A stretch of 64,000 nt of DNA from Naegleria gruberi. Lineage: Eukaryota. The DNA lies in the NCBI GenBank assembly GCA_000004985.1, contig GG738850.1; one strand, 5' to 3'. Position 1 is the first letter of the stretch; the number at the start of each line of letters is the position of its first letter. Position numbers and translations under genes: made by a program. The notes below the pieces were generated by a model that was not told the origin of the DNA, ran no database searches, and saw only the letters and a list, made by a program, of their open reading frames with translations. This document shows positions 22,215-33,006 of this stretch, one piece after another.

Positions 22215-22931
22215 ATGGCCTTTAGAAGTTTCATTTCCACATCCTCTATTACATTATTATCACTTGGAAGTTTGTATACTAGTGTGAATACAAGTGAAGC
22301 CCTAAATGCAACTAGAAAGTATTTAGAGACAACTGAAAAAGTTGCCACAACTCAAAATACCATGTTTGATAAAACAGTCAATGCATTACAAGAGGTTGAA
22401 CAGTTAAAGAACATCCAATCTGAATTGGTGAAAAAACTTAGCATGGAGTCAACTCAACTTCTTTCATTAGAAGAAGAACTTGCTTCATTAAAAACTCAAA
22501 GAATAGTTGATGTTTTAGCCCCTTGTTTGATTGCAGGAGGTACTATGTGGGCAATCTATTTCATTTATAAATATTTCAGCAAGTCAAAGAAATCAAACTC
22601 TGAAGAGGAAAGAAATATGCCAAAAATACTTTTGACATTCTACATTGAGAAGGATCATTTCTCTGATTCATTGGAAGAAAAAATTACAACTCGTTTAGAG
22701 GCAGTTCAACATTATGGATTCCAATTCAAAAGAACATTTTCTTCACAAGGTTCTCACTTTACAATCGTTAGTAGTGAAAAACAAGTTATTGAAGATTCTA
22801 GAATTTTACTAACAATTGGAATGAAGGAAGAAGAAGGTTCAAATGAAGTAGCAGTTAGAAAGGATACTTCTGGAGATGTTCACTTCGATACGAGAGTTGT
22901 GAATAAGTTGATAAGCAAATTGCAAATTTAA
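22215..22931 (+). CDS. Hypothetical single-pass membrane protein with signal peptide and coiled coil (238 aa)
   Basis: Hydrophobic N-terminus, coiled coil QEVEQLKNIQSELVKKLSMESTQLLSLEEELASLKTQ, and a TM segment LAPCLIAGGTMWAIYFIYKYF. Confidence 0.5.
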   Translation: MAFRSFISTSSITLLSLGSLYTSVNTSEALNATRKYLETTEKVATTQNTMFDKTVNALQEVEQLKNIQSELVKKLSMESTQLLSLEEELASLKTQRIVDVLAPCLIAGGTMWAIYFIYKYFSKSKKSNSEEERNMPKILLTFYIEKDHFSDSLEEKITTRLEAVQHYGFQFKRTFSSQGSHFTIVSSEKQVIEDSRILLTIGMKEEEGSNEVAVRKDTSGDVHFDTRVVNKLISKLQI

Positions 22932-23101
22932 CCAAATAACAAATTGTTCAATGATTCAAAATTTTGGAAGTTTCTTGTAATCATTTCGTTATCTTATTGA
23001 ATAGTCTACCACAATGAATAAACCATAAGAGAAAAAGTTACTTCTTTACATTGCTTTTTTTCAAATTGTTTGGAGTGATGTAAAAAGCAAAGTAAAAGAA
23101 T

Positions 23102-23174
23102 TGCTGACGGACGGGATCGAACCGGCGACCAATGGCTTATTAGACCAACGCTCTACCGACTGAGCTACGCCAGC
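23102..23174 (-). tRNA. tRNA-Ile (anticodon AAT)
   Basis: Minus-strand sequence GCTGGCGTAGCTCAGTCGGTAGAGCGTTGGTCTAATAAGCCATTGGTCGCCGGTTCGATCCCGTCCGTCAGCA folds as a cloverleaf: 7-bp acceptor, D-arm GCTC/GAGC, anticodon loop CTAATAA, T-loop TTCGATC. Close to the eukaryotic tRNA-Ile-AAT consensus. Confidence 0.9.
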
Positions 23175-23296
23175 TTAAATTCATTGTGAAATTTCTTAAT
23201 AATTCACTTATACAATAATTAGCTAATCGAAATCGTTCAAGATATTTTCAGAATAAATCTTTAGGAATAATCTTTGGGTTGTGCGGTACTGATACT

Positions 23297-23512
23297 TCAT
23301 TGAACAGAACATTTGGCACATCTTTTAAATTTAGGAAGAGATGTTACAGATTCGTGTGATGATTTTGCAAGTTGTGTTGGTTGTGAGTAATCCATCATGA
23401 GGGTTGTGTCCTCAGCCACTAATTGCTCTGCAGCACCATCTTGGTCTTGAATTGATTGATAGAGTGGAGAATGCATGTTTAGTGTTTGTTTTTTGCTGAT
23501 GGTGTTTTTCAA
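23297..23512 (-). CDS. Doubtful small ORF (71 aa)
   Basis: ORF only; lies between the tRNA-Ile gene and the promoter of the 23555 gene. Confidence 0.15.
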   Translation of the reverse strand: MKNTISKKQTLNMHSPLYQSIQDQDGAAEQLVAEDTTLMMDYSQPTQLAKSSHESVTSLPKFKRCAKCSVQ

Positions 23513-23554
23513 AATTGATTTTCACACAGGTTCAAGTTGAAATAAATATTCGAA

Positions 23555-24541
23555 ATGGAAGGTAATTCGAATAGTGGAGTATTGATTTCCAGAAGAAAGT
23601 TGAAAAAATCCTTCATTAACAAGCTTAAAACTAAAATTAAATTCCATTCAATATTGAAAAAAATGAGTCATTCCTATAGCGAAATTGAAGAACTAGGCAA
23701 TTTGCCATCCGAGCAATACCAAACCGAATCATTCAGAAAATTAATTAATCAGTTTCTTGAATTGTTACAAAAACATCCTAATCTTTCACCTTTTCAGGTA
23801 CCTGCATATTTTGATAAACAATTCTTTTGTTGTTTGTGGTTGGAACTGAATAAAGTACTTACTCCAGAACATCAATACAATGTCTCTCGATCGAGAATGA
23901 AGAGGAAAGACATGATTGAAATGAGTGCTAAACATAGAGAAGTGGTTATGGAAGAAATGAGGAAACTTGTGAAAAAATTGGAATGTGAGGAATATGTATG
24001 TTCTCATACGGTGAAGGAAGTGGAATCGAGTGGAATTCGTGGAATGGTGGATTTTGGAGTGAAGTTTGATGGAAAGATTGTCAAGATTGGAACTGCTTTT
24101 GTAATTAATCCAAATTTTGAGGAGGGAAAATCATTGATTACTGTTATTAGTATGCAAAAGGGATGCTATCCATTCTTGCCCCCTTATGAATTTAAACCCC
24201 ATTCAATTATATCATATCCATGGAACTTGATGAGAAGAAGTACAGAATCACAGAAGGAAATTGAGGAAAAGATGGAAAATTTCTCCAGTGTTATACCAGA
24301 TCAGTCAGATGTTGGATATCTCGATACTTTCATAAAGAATAATTCCAAGAAACGTTCGATTGAAGATTTGGATGGAAGTAAACTGGTAGAAATGAACAGA
24401 AAGCTACTGAAACTGTCAAAGGATTTAAAAACAGAAAATGAAGAGTTGAAAGAATCTAAAAAAGCTCTAGAGAAAGAAAATTTAAAGCAAAAGAATTTAC
24501 TCCTCGCTCTAAGGGCCATGATGGATGCGTCTAGTCTGTAA
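23555..24541 (+). CDS. Hypothetical protein with C-terminal coiled coil (328 aa)
   Basis: Clean ORF with a basic N-terminus and a C-terminal heptad-rich region (NRKLLKLSKDLKTENEELKESKKALEKENLKQKNLLLALRAMM). Confidence 0.5.
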   Translation: MEGNSNSGVLISRRKLKKSFINKLKTKIKFHSILKKMSHSYSEIEELGNLPSEQYQTESFRKLINQFLELLQKHPNLSPFQVPAYFDKQFFCCLWLELNKVLTPEHQYNVSRSRMKRKDMIEMSAKHREVVMEEMRKLVKKLECEEYVCSHTVKEVESSGIRGMVDFGVKFDGKIVKIGTAFVINPNFEEGKSLITVISMQKGCYPFLPPYEFKPHSIISYPWNLMRRSTESQKEIEEKMENFSSVIPDQSDVGYLDTFIKNNSKKRSIEDLDGSKLVEMNRKLLKLSKDLKTENEELKESKKALEKENLKQKNLLLALRAMMDASSL

Positions 24542-24639
24542 TTTTAATAGATAAACCAGTTCTCCCCTAATTAATCTAGATTCCACAAGCTCTCAATTTT
24601 CTCAAACTCAAAAAAAGGATTACAAAATCTTTAAAAAAA

Positions 24640-25131
24640 ATGAATCAAAACCTCTTCAGCTCGGAATTACTTTCCCTCCTCAACAATACAAACTCAACGT
24701 TTAGCGATGAAGTATCTTTGGGTAGTAATTTAAATAATAATACAAAAAATGCAATAAATATTGATGATGAAGAAGAGGAGATCGGATTTCAAGACTCGGC
24801 AGAAAAGGAATTTATTAATAATATTCCACAATTAGGATTATATTTCGAACCAAAGGAAAAGATTTCAAATAATTCATCAATACCCAATGATTTCCTTCAA
24901 TATAATTTTATTAGAGTTCCTCCCATTATTTCGGAAGAGGAAAGGAAATCGTCTCTGTCAATGATTTGTGATGGAGAAATTATTAAAATTTCAAAGCCAC
25001 AAGATGAAAAATCATCGGCAGATATTGAATTGCATAGTATGGAAAGAATGAAAAATAATTTATATGATAATTTTGGAGTGGAAAATAATCAGCGAGCTAG
25101 ACTTGTATCATATCAAGAACAAAAATTGTAA
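24640..25131 (+). CDS. Hypothetical acidic protein (163 aa)
   Basis: ORF with typical codon usage, starting 100 bp after the previous gene; no recognisable domain. Confidence 0.35.
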   Translation: MNQNLFSSELLSLLNNTNSTFSDEVSLGSNLNNNTKNAINIDDEEEEIGFQDSAEKEFINNIPQLGLYFEPKEKISNNSSIPNDFLQYNFIRVPPIISEEERKSSLSMICDGEIIKISKPQDEKSSADIELHSMERMKNNLYDNFGVENNQRARLVSYQEQKL

Positions 25132-25238
25132 AAATAATTGAATGAATTAATTTTGGAATTTACAAAAATATTTCAAGTGTAAAATTTAGAATTTTTAACA
25201 GTTAGCCTTAATATTTATTAAATTTTTTAATTATTTAT

Positions 25239-26582
25239 TTACTTCTTGTTTGGTTGTTGATCTTCATAGACCTTAGTGACGATACCGGCACCAATGGTGA
25301 GACCGCCTTCTCTGACAGCAAAGCTCAAACCTTCAATAATAGCAACGTGGTTAATCAAAGAAACGTTGATCTTCTTCTTGTCACCTGGCATAGCCATACA
25401 CTTTTCACCTTCAGCGATATCCTTACCTTCTTCTGGGTAGATCTTCATCTTACCAGTAACGTCGGCAGTTCTGAAGAAGAATTGTGGTGAGAAACCATCA
25501 ACGAAAGCAGTACGTCTACCACCTTCTTCAGCAGTCAAAACGTAAATGTCAGCATCGAACTTTTGACGTGGCTTCAACAAACCAGGCTTACAGATAACTT
25601 GACCTCTCTTAATTTGCTTCTTATCAATACCTCTCAACAAGATACCCAAATTGTCACCAGCTTGACCTCTATCAACCAACTTGTGGAACATTTCAATACC
25701 AGTAACAGATGACTTGAGAGCAGTTGGAGCAAAACCAACAACTTCAACTTCAGCACCTAATTTGAGTTGACCTTGATCGACCTTACCAGTGGCAACAGTA
25801 CCTCTACCTGAGATAGTGAAAACACCTTCAACAGGCATCAAGAATGGCTTGTTAATATCTCTTTCTGGTTCTGGAATATCCTTATCAACAGCATCCATCA
25901 ACTTTTGAATTGCTTGAGTACCGATTTCAGAGCTGTCTCCTTCCAAACCCTTCAATGCAGAACCTCTGATAATACTAATGTTATCACCATCAAATCCGTA
26001 TTGTTTAACAGTATCTCTAATTTCTTCTTCAACCATTTCAATCATTTCAGCATCAGGAACCAAGTCGACCTTGTTCAAAAAGACGACAATATGCTTGATA
26101 CCGACTTGTTTACACAACAACAAATGTTCTCTAGTTTGGAGCATAGGACCATCGTCAGCGGAAATGACAAGGATGGAACCGTCCATTTGAGCAGCACCAG
26201 TAATCATGTTTTTAATGTAGTCAGCGTGTCCAGGACAGTCAATGTGGGCATAATGTCTAGTAGCGGTAGCATATTCAATGTGTGAAGTAGAAATGGTAAT
26301 ACCTCTTTGTTTTTCTTCTGGAGCTTTATCAATTTGATCGTAGGCCAAAAAGCTGTTAGCCTTTGGATCCAATTCATTCAAATATTTAGTAATAGCAGCA
26401 GTGAGTGTGGTTTTACCGTGGTCAACGTGACCGATAGTACCAATGTTGATGTGTGGCTTGCTTCTGTCGAACTTTTCCTTAGCAGCAAATCTAACTTGGT
26501 TAGTGTTCATCATTTTAGAACCACTCACCAAGACATTGGTCTTGAGTTGTTGTTTGATAATGTTTCTAGATGAAGAGAACAT
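25239..26582 (-). CDS. TUF1: Mitochondrial translation elongation factor Tu (nuclear-encoded), intronless
   Basis: P-loop [22 protein letters not shown] and the full EF-Tu domain II/III are conserved. An N-terminal extension of about 40 aa rich in S/R/K, consistent with a mitochondrial presequence. 447 aa. Confidence 0.97.
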   Translation of the reverse strand: MFSSSRNIIKQQLKTNVLVSGSKMMNTNQVRFAAKEKFDRSKPHINIGTIGHVDHGKTTLTAAITKYLNELDPKANSFLAYDQIDKAPEEKQRGITISTSHIEYATATRHYAHIDCPGHADYIKNMITGAAQMDGSILVISADDGPMLQTREHLLLCKQVGIKHIVVFLNKVDLVPDAEMIEMVEEEIRDTVKQYGFDGDNISIIRGSALKGLEGDSSEIGTQAIQKLMDAVDKDIPEPERDINKPFLMPVEGVFTISGRGTVATGKVDQGQLKLGAEVEVVGFAPTALKSSVTGIEMFHKLVDRGQAGDNLGILLRGIDKKQIKRGQVICKPGLLKPRQKFDADIYVLTAEEGGRRTAFVDGFSPQFFFRTADVTGKMKIYPEEGKDIAEGEKCMAMPGDKKKINVSLINHVAIIEGLSFAVREGGLTIGAGIVTKVYEDQQPNKK

Positions 26583-27014
26583 GGTTGGAGCAAGAAGAAA
26601 TATTTTTTTTGAGGTCGTTTTTTAAATTTCAATCATTTTGTGTGTTGGTGTGTTGACTTCAAACTTTTGCCGCTCGTTTTTTAAATCGCTAATTGAAAAT
26701 ACTAGTTGTTTGTAAATTGAAGCAAATGGTGTATGTGTCGGAATCATGTTGTGTGTTGTTGGATAACAATGAGTAATTATATTGCTTGATGATATATTAT
26801 TTGGATAACAAATTATTTTTCTATTGGGTTTTTTTGGAGGAGTTTTATGTTTCTCCTTTTTGGGAACCTCTAAGTCTTAAGACTTAAACAATCCAAAAAA
26901 ATCATTGTTGAATAGTCATCCTATGAGTTAAATAATAACTTATTCTGAATGGCCACCTTCCTTACTTTACACAATTTCTTTGCACAGACAGTTAACTGTT
27001 AAAACAAAACAATT

Positions 27015-27086
27015 CTCCCATGCCGGGAATTGAACCCGGACCTCCTGGGTGAAAGCCAGGTATCCTAGCCATTGGACTACACGGGA
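27015..27086 (-). tRNA. tRNA-Glu (anticodon TTC)
   Basis: Minus-strand sequence TCCCGTGTAGTCCAATGGCTAGGATACCTGGCTTTCACCCAGGAGGTCCGGGTTCAATTCCCGGCATGGGAG: acceptor TCCCGTG/CATGGGA, anticodon stem CCTGG/CCAGG, loop CTTTCAC. Very close to the animal/fungal tRNA-Glu-TTC. Confidence 0.9.
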
Positions 27087-27412
27087 ATACATTTACAATG
27101 AAAATATTTCACTGATGAACAAAACTGTAAATGACGGATATTGGAATTGTTTGCTTAATAATTTAAAAAATAATATTAGGGAATATATTTGCTGGTATGT
27201 TATTCAAAAATCAATTAAAAACTGAATGCAGAGAAATTCATTTAAATATTATTATTTCAGATGACAGTTTTCAATTTTGTTGTTTATTGTTTGTGAAAAT
27301 GAAATCTCTACTTATTTTCATCATTTTCCTCAAACTCAACATTATATTCTTCCATTCTTTCCTATAAATAGAGCAAGACATTTGCAACAAAATAATTTTC
27401 ATTAAATAAAAA

Positions 27413-30400
27413 ATGAACCCAAACAATCGACCACCTCATCCTACAACAGCAGGAGGTTATTATTCTTCATCATCTGGAAATAATAATAACGTGGTCGGCG
27501 GTGGTGGTTTTAATCAACAACAAAATCACTCTTCATCAGGAATTCCTCCACATAATAGACAAGGCTTTCCTACGGGACAAGGAAGAACAAATCAAAATGG
27601 CCCAATTGTACAAAATAGACAACAACATCCACCAAGAAATGTAAATAATCCTAATACAAATCCAAATAATATTCCATCAACAATGCAACAAAATAGAAAA
27701 AAACATCCATCAGGTAGTCAATCCTCATATCCAACACAACCTCATCAATCATATCATAACAATACAACAGGAAGTGGATTTAGTACACAAGCTGGACATA
27801 AAGCAACGTTTGGAAAAAAAGGTCAAGAAGTTGTTGTTGAACAATTATCAGCAAAATTAGGATTTCCGGATGTCTTTCTATGTGAACAAAATTCTAGTAG
27901 ACCGGTCATGGAATTGTCTTTTACACCTAGTACTGCTCGTGATGGTTATGTTGACAAGTCATTTTCATATATTGATCGTGAACCAATTGATTCTCATGGA
28001 ACTCACTTCTTTAATAATGATTTTTATAATTTATTAGAAAAATCTGAACAAACTTTAAGGGATGAGTACAAGACTTTTTCAACAAACAAAACAAGGGAAG
28101 AAATGAAACAAAGATTCGAAAATGCCTACAATTCTTGCAGTTGTACAGCTAATAATTCCTTCTTCCCAAAACTCACAGATACAGGTACTATGTTCAAAGC
28201 CCTTGCTGGAAGACCTGATGAGCAAAAAAGATCATCCCTTGCATCTTCAAGAACATCTCTTAGAGAATTGGCATCAAAACTTTCTAGATATTATGTTAAA
28301 CCTAACTTCTTTGAACTTTTAGCACAAAACAATATTCCATTCTTCAGAGCCTTATGGTACACTAAAATTCTTATTAGAGACATTAATACCAACATTACAA
28401 ATGTAAAGGATCTAGCACAAGATTTAACAACCAAGTTTTGTGACTACTTGCTTACATCTTGTAACGATGACAGTACAGATCCTAAAAAGAAGAACTCAAT
28501 TGTGTATACCATCAACTTTTTATCCTATTGCCTTGAAGAGAATTTATTGAATGAAAATGTTTTAGGACAAAGGCTATTAGAAATTTTAGAAATCAAGTTT
28601 GGTATCAAACCAAAAGCAAGCAAGGATACACCTCTCATGGATGCATACTTTTTCTCATTACTTTATGTTAAAACAAGTGATCAAATTTATCAACAACTGT
28701 CAACTACAATCCAATCATCTAAAAAGGTTGGCTCGGTGATCAAATTTTATGTATTACAATTATTTAAATTATTTATGATGCATTCTTCCGATCCAAAATT
28801 TACATTTGAAATTTTTAGAAGACTAAATCCTGGACAACAACAACTTTCATTAGACAGTGTTAAAAATCTATTTTGCAAAATTAAGGATGATATTTATGCC
28901 ATCAATGTACTTGATAGACATAATTGTAACATTCCAGAGTTATATAATATTCTCTTGAATAACAAGGAAGTTGGTGTTCAACTCATATCTACCATTTGCA
29001 AGTGGGCTATTACTCCAAAACGATTCCAAAACTATAGGCCATATATTGCAGGTACCTTGGTGAATAACTTTATCAAACAAAATCCTACAATGAAGAAACA
29101 AGTAGAAGATACCTTATTCAAAGAAGTTCTAAATTATTCAGAGGAGCCTACTCCAGATACTTACAAAAATATGTTGAAACTATTCAATGAGCTAATTCTT
29201 CAAAATAACTTTTCCATTAGTGAATATATCAAATATCTTACATCTAGAGGTTTTAATGTAGCTAAGACAGATGAATTTAACACTAGGCACACCAATATTC
29301 TCAAAAATTTGCCCTCATATGATCCTAACACAAAGAATAAGATTTACTCTAAACTCTATGGCACCAAACATGAAATTGTGAGGAAAAACCAGCAAACTGA
29401 AACTGAAATCCAAGAAAATATTTTCAAACTTATTAATGGAGGCAGTGATCATAATATTTCCTCCATTATTGAAAGTATGACTCTTTTACCAGAAAATGGA
29501 ATGCAGTTTGAAATTACACAACAAATAGCTGAGCATGTAAAGACTATGGATCTTGCATATTTATCGGAACAAACAATAGATAGTATTTTGGCAATTATGA
29601 TCTCAGTATCCAATCTTAGAGCTTTTAGAGATATTGTGTATAATATTACTACCAAACTCATCTCTGGAGAATTTAAATCTCCTAATCTAGAAATTAAGAT
29701 GTTTTCTATTATTAAGAATAGTCTCCAGCTCTTCATTTCTTTAGACGATTCAGATATCATTGATATATTCCAAAAACGATTCAAAACAACAAACAACAGA
29801 AATATTCAATCTATTATCCATAGATACATTACCGAAATATCAACAACTCCAAATGCTGACCCTTTCAAAACAAAAATAACCAAATTTACCAACGATTGTA
29901 ATGTCATTCCTGCTCCAATTAATATCGAGCAATCGCCTACAATCCACCCATTTACACAGTATATACAAAGCCAAGATATTATTTTGATACCGTCCAACAT
30001 CTTGGTTTCCGAATTAACCAAATCCCCTACCAAATTCTCCAACGATCAACTTAAACATTTAATTGAGGTACTATTCGAAAAATTCCAAAAGCATAGAGTA
30101 GACACTTACATAACAGTCTTGAGAGATATGTATACATTTAGTCATCTATTATCTGATACTTCAATTATTGAATGCTTTAAGGATTTCATTATTTCAACAC
30201 TTGACAGTACTCAGTACATTAGAGAAAAGCACTCTTCACTCATTCTATTCTGTATGAAAGCTGTAACTTGTGGTGTTCTCTCTGGATACACCTTCCTCAA
30301 TCATATATTATTTAACGTATTTGATAATCTCAAGTCTAAGGTTGCAACTATTTCTAAGCCTAATCCACAAGTCCAAGCCATTACATCTATTCATGCTATG

Positions 30401-32128
30401 TTATCATCTACAAAGACCAGTATCTTCCAACATGTAAACTTTATAAGAGTTTTCTCGAACTTTTCCAGATGCTTATCAAAAGAAAGAATAACTACTCTCG
30501 CTAATAATTGTGGTATATCTGAGGAAGTGGAAGCTGTTGACAGAGAAATTTATGAAGACGTCAAGACCACACTTCTCTATGATTTCCTTGGCCCTATAGA
30601 AGCAAAAGAAACCATCCACAAGATGTCAATTTCTTGCAAGAGTATTCATGATAACGTCAAATCAAGCAAGAAAAGTACAAAAGATATCTTTGCATTCAGT
30701 TCTCTTGTCTATGAAGCCATGATAGAAATACTATTGGATTATCTTTCTAATGAAAAGTCTTTGCAGGACATTAGTCGTACATTGTCCTACACTCAAGATT
30801 GTTTAGGACCACTTTACGAACTTCCATCTCTTCAAACCAAGCCAAAAGAAGGGGATGGCACAGGTAAAAGCAATTCCAAAGATAGTGATTATGGTAACAA
30901 ATATCAAGCCATCACAACTTTGGTTGCCAACTTGTGTAAACCATTTTCAACAATCAGAGATATGGTTCCTGAGAAGCTATTCTCCTTCCTTAGTCAAAGT
31001 ACAAGTATTAATGACTATCTTCAATTTATAATGTCTCTCTCCAATCAGAGTGACAAGTGGAGAATAGCGTTAGACTCCCAACTTTTATTCTTATTTATGT
31101 TTACTTGGAATAGAAGAAAGGCACTCACAAAAGAACAATACCATCACTTTGTCGCAAGAAAAGGTCAGGAAAATTCCTTCTACTTTTATGCCAAATCACT
31201 TTTACTTACCTCATTCTACCCACCTTTCTCTGAGCTACAAGATGTTATTTTAGATCATTTCAAATTATCAATCAACTATAGCGAAAAACGTCAACAAGAT
31301 ATTGAAGCTCTCTTACCTATTGTTGAAGAGCTTATTCGACTCGATTTTTCCAAAGCAGAAACAGCCTGCAAATGTATTCTGGATGCCATTCAAGCCATCT
31401 CCAATCCCTCCTCCTCACAATCCTCTACCCCTGGCACTCCTACTCCACATTCATTCCCTTCCACTCGTGAAAGACTTACTACTTGTTTATTATGTCTTAA
31501 AGAAATTATTTTCTCCTCTCCACTTTTGGAATCACATGAAGATAAATTTGGAGAAAGAAAGAGAACCACTACAGTTCCACAAATCAAATCAATTTTAATT
31601 AATTTATGTACCAACAAGATTTTGCCATCAGTATTTAACACACCTATCCAAAAACCAGAAGACGTAGCATTATATGATATTTATTATTTAATTTATGGAA
31701 TGTTAGCCAAGTTAAAGATACCCCAAGAAGAATTGAATAAGGAATTTGAAAAATTATTCCAAAAAGAGAATAATCTACAAGTCTCTAATCCAAGAACTAT
31801 ACAAGTTGGAACACCTGTCAGCACACCAACCTCCAGTAGAAGAACTCCAACACCTGGTGGTGCCAGCAAAATGTCTCCAATTATTAGCCCTCAACAATCA
31901 CCAGTTCCAATGTCTCCACAAGTTGCTACCGTTAGACAAGAGCAAAACAGGGTCATCAGCAGCTGGTTTGTAATTGAGGATTACGTTTCCAATTGTTCTC
32001 ATTGTAACTCTTGCCATGGTAATTTAACTCCTGCACGTTTCCAGGGTAAAGTTGTTAAGAAGACTGAATTGATATTTGCCAAAAAGCCAGAAACCGTCAA
32101 CTCCAGCAATCCTTTCCAACCACATTAA
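27413..32128 (+). CDS. Large (1,571 aa) hypothetical nuclear protein with an N-terminal Q/N/P-rich disordered region; function unassigned
   Basis: Single continuous ORF preceded by a tataaata element at about 27363. The N-terminal 130 aa are low complexity (NNNVVGGGGFNQQQNHSS..., PPRNVNNPNTNPNN); the rest is predicted helical. A +1-frame ORF with a KKRK NLS continues past the stop (see findings). Confidence 0.7.
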   Translation: MNPNNRPPHPTTAGGYYSSSSGNNNNVVGGGGFNQQQNHSSSGIPPHNRQGFPTGQGRTNQNGPIVQNRQQHPPRNVNNPNTNPNNIPSTMQQNRKKHPSGSQSSYPTQPHQSYHNNTTGSGFSTQAGHKATFGKKGQEVVVEQLSAKLGFPDVFLCEQNSSRPVMELSFTPSTARDGYVDKSFSYIDREPIDSHGTHFFNNDFYNLLEKSEQTLRDEYKTFSTNKTREEMKQRFENAYNSCSCTANNSFFPKLTDTGTMFKALAGRPDEQKRSSLASSRTSLRELASKLSRYYVKPNFFELLAQNNIPFFRALWYTKILIRDINTNITNVKDLAQDLTTKFCDYLLTSCNDDSTDPKKKNSIVYTINFLSYCLEENLLNENVLGQRLLEILEIKFGIKPKASKDTPLMDAYFFSLLYVKTSDQIYQQLSTTIQSSKKVGSVIKFYVLQLFKLFMMHSSDPKFTFEIFRRLNPGQQQLSLDSVKNLFCKIKDDIYAINVLDRHNCNIPELYNILLNNKEVGVQLISTICKWAITPKRFQNYRPYIAGTLVNNFIKQNPTMKKQVEDTLFKEVLNYSEEPTPDTYKNMLKLFNELILQNNFSISEYIKYLTSRGFNVAKTDEFNTRHTNILKNLPSYDPNTKNKIYSKLYGTKHEIVRKNQQTETEIQENIFKLINGGSDHNISSIIESMTLLPENGMQFEITQQIAEHVKTMDLAYLSEQTIDSILAIMISVSNLRAFRDIVYNITTKLISGEFKSPNLEIKMFSIIKNSLQLFISLDDSDIIDIFQKRFKTTNNRNIQSIIHRYITEISTTPNADPFKTKITKFTNDCNVIPAPINIEQSPTIHPFTQYIQSQDIILIPSNILVSELTKSPTKFSNDQLKHLIEVLFEKFQKHRVDTYITVLRDMYTFSHLLSDTSIIECFKDFIISTLDSTQYIREKHSSLILFCMKAVTCGVLSGYTFLNHILFNVFDNLKSKVATISKPNPQVQAITSIHAMLSSTKTSIFQHVNFIRVFSNFSRCLSKERITTLANNCGISEEVEAVDREIYEDVKTTLLYDFLGPIEAKETIHKMSISCKSIHDNVKSSKKSTKDIFAFSSLVYEAMIEILLDYLSNEKSLQDISRTLSYTQDCLGPLYELPSLQTKPKEGDGTGKSNSKDSDYGNKYQAITTLVANLCKPFSTIRDMVPEKLFSFLSQSTSINDYLQFIMSLSNQSDKWRIALDSQLLFLFMFTWNRRKALTKEQYHHFVARKGQENSFYFYAKSLLLTSFYPPFSELQDVILDHFKLSINYSEKRQQDIEALLPIVEELIRLDFSKAETACKCILDAIQAISNPSSSQSSTPGTPTPHSFPSTRERLTTCLLCLKEIIFSSPLLESHEDKFGERKRTTTVPQIKSILINLCTNKILPSVFNTPIQKPEDVALYDIYYLIYGMLAKLKIPQEELNKEFEKLFQKENNLQVSNPRTIQVGTPVSTPTSSRRTPTPGGASKMSPIISPQQSPVPMSPQVATVRQEQNRVISSWFVIEDYVSNCSHCNSCHGNLTPARFQGKVVKKTELIFAKKPETVNSSNPFQPH

Positions 32129-33006
32129 TGGTGATAACAGTTCAAAGAAGAGAAAATCTGAATCTCCAATAACTCTTGACAATCATATCAATGAAGCTTC
32201 TATTGAATTCCCTGATAGTAAAAAGTTGAAACAATAAATAAGCTTAATTGTGTGGAAACTATTTATTAACAAACTGTGGTCACAAGTCTTCACAATTTGA
32301 AATTATTGGTGGTGTCAGTCATACTTCCTTAACTAAACCTGATATGTGTAAACATTCCATTTACTTGGTAAATCTTAGCTACTTAAACTGGTTTCAATAA
32401 AGTTGAATAAATAGGAAATAAATTCTTGGAGTATTATTCTAGAAGTTCTTGAAGATTTCATTCCCTGGAAAATATTATTGGTTCATCATGATTTTGAATA
32501 ATGACAAAATATATAAAAGTAATATTGAATTTGCTCCACTCCTTTTCAACAAATTTCATAGAAGTCCGATGTTACTAATAGTTGTTATTAATCCCAAAAG
32601 CTTAAGAGAAGACACGCCACTCAACTCTCTCAATCACCAATTCAAAATATTGCCAAAAGACGATCAGTGTAACAAAGTGATTAAAGTGAGAAAATAATTG
32701 TAGATGAATTAATTCTTAGTTGCTATTATCGATCATTGCTGTTTTGTGTGTTAATTGCTCCATCATAAGACTGTTGTAATAATGAACACAGCCAAGAAAT
32801 ATTATTCATGTTGTTGTTTTGGTGATTGAAGAAGACGTTCGAGGGTTGAAGTTTGCTGAATTTTTCACTTCCTTGTTTTTCAACCACAGAAATTATCAAC
32901 AAGCCAAAAATGCCCTCTCAAACTTTTGTTGTAAAATGTGTTTTACTAGGTTTACTCCAACAAAATTTTAAAAAACTTGTTGAAAAAAAATACGTCACAC
33001 TAGAAA

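Noticed and set aside
25254-26625. Five plus-strand ORFs (60-126 aa) antisense to EF-Tu
   Set aside because: They lie entirely inside the highly conserved TUF1 coding sequence on the opposite strand, and their translations are low complexity. These are frame shadows.
26860-26885. 10-bp perfect palindrome gtcttaagac in the EF-Tu upstream region
   Set aside because: A single short palindrome is expected by chance at this AT content; there is no flanking structure suggesting a binding site.
32449-32697. 82-aa plus-strand ORF in the intergenic region upstream of RPS3A
   Set aside because: No homology; it lies in what should be 3'UTR or promoter sequence, and its codon usage is atypical.
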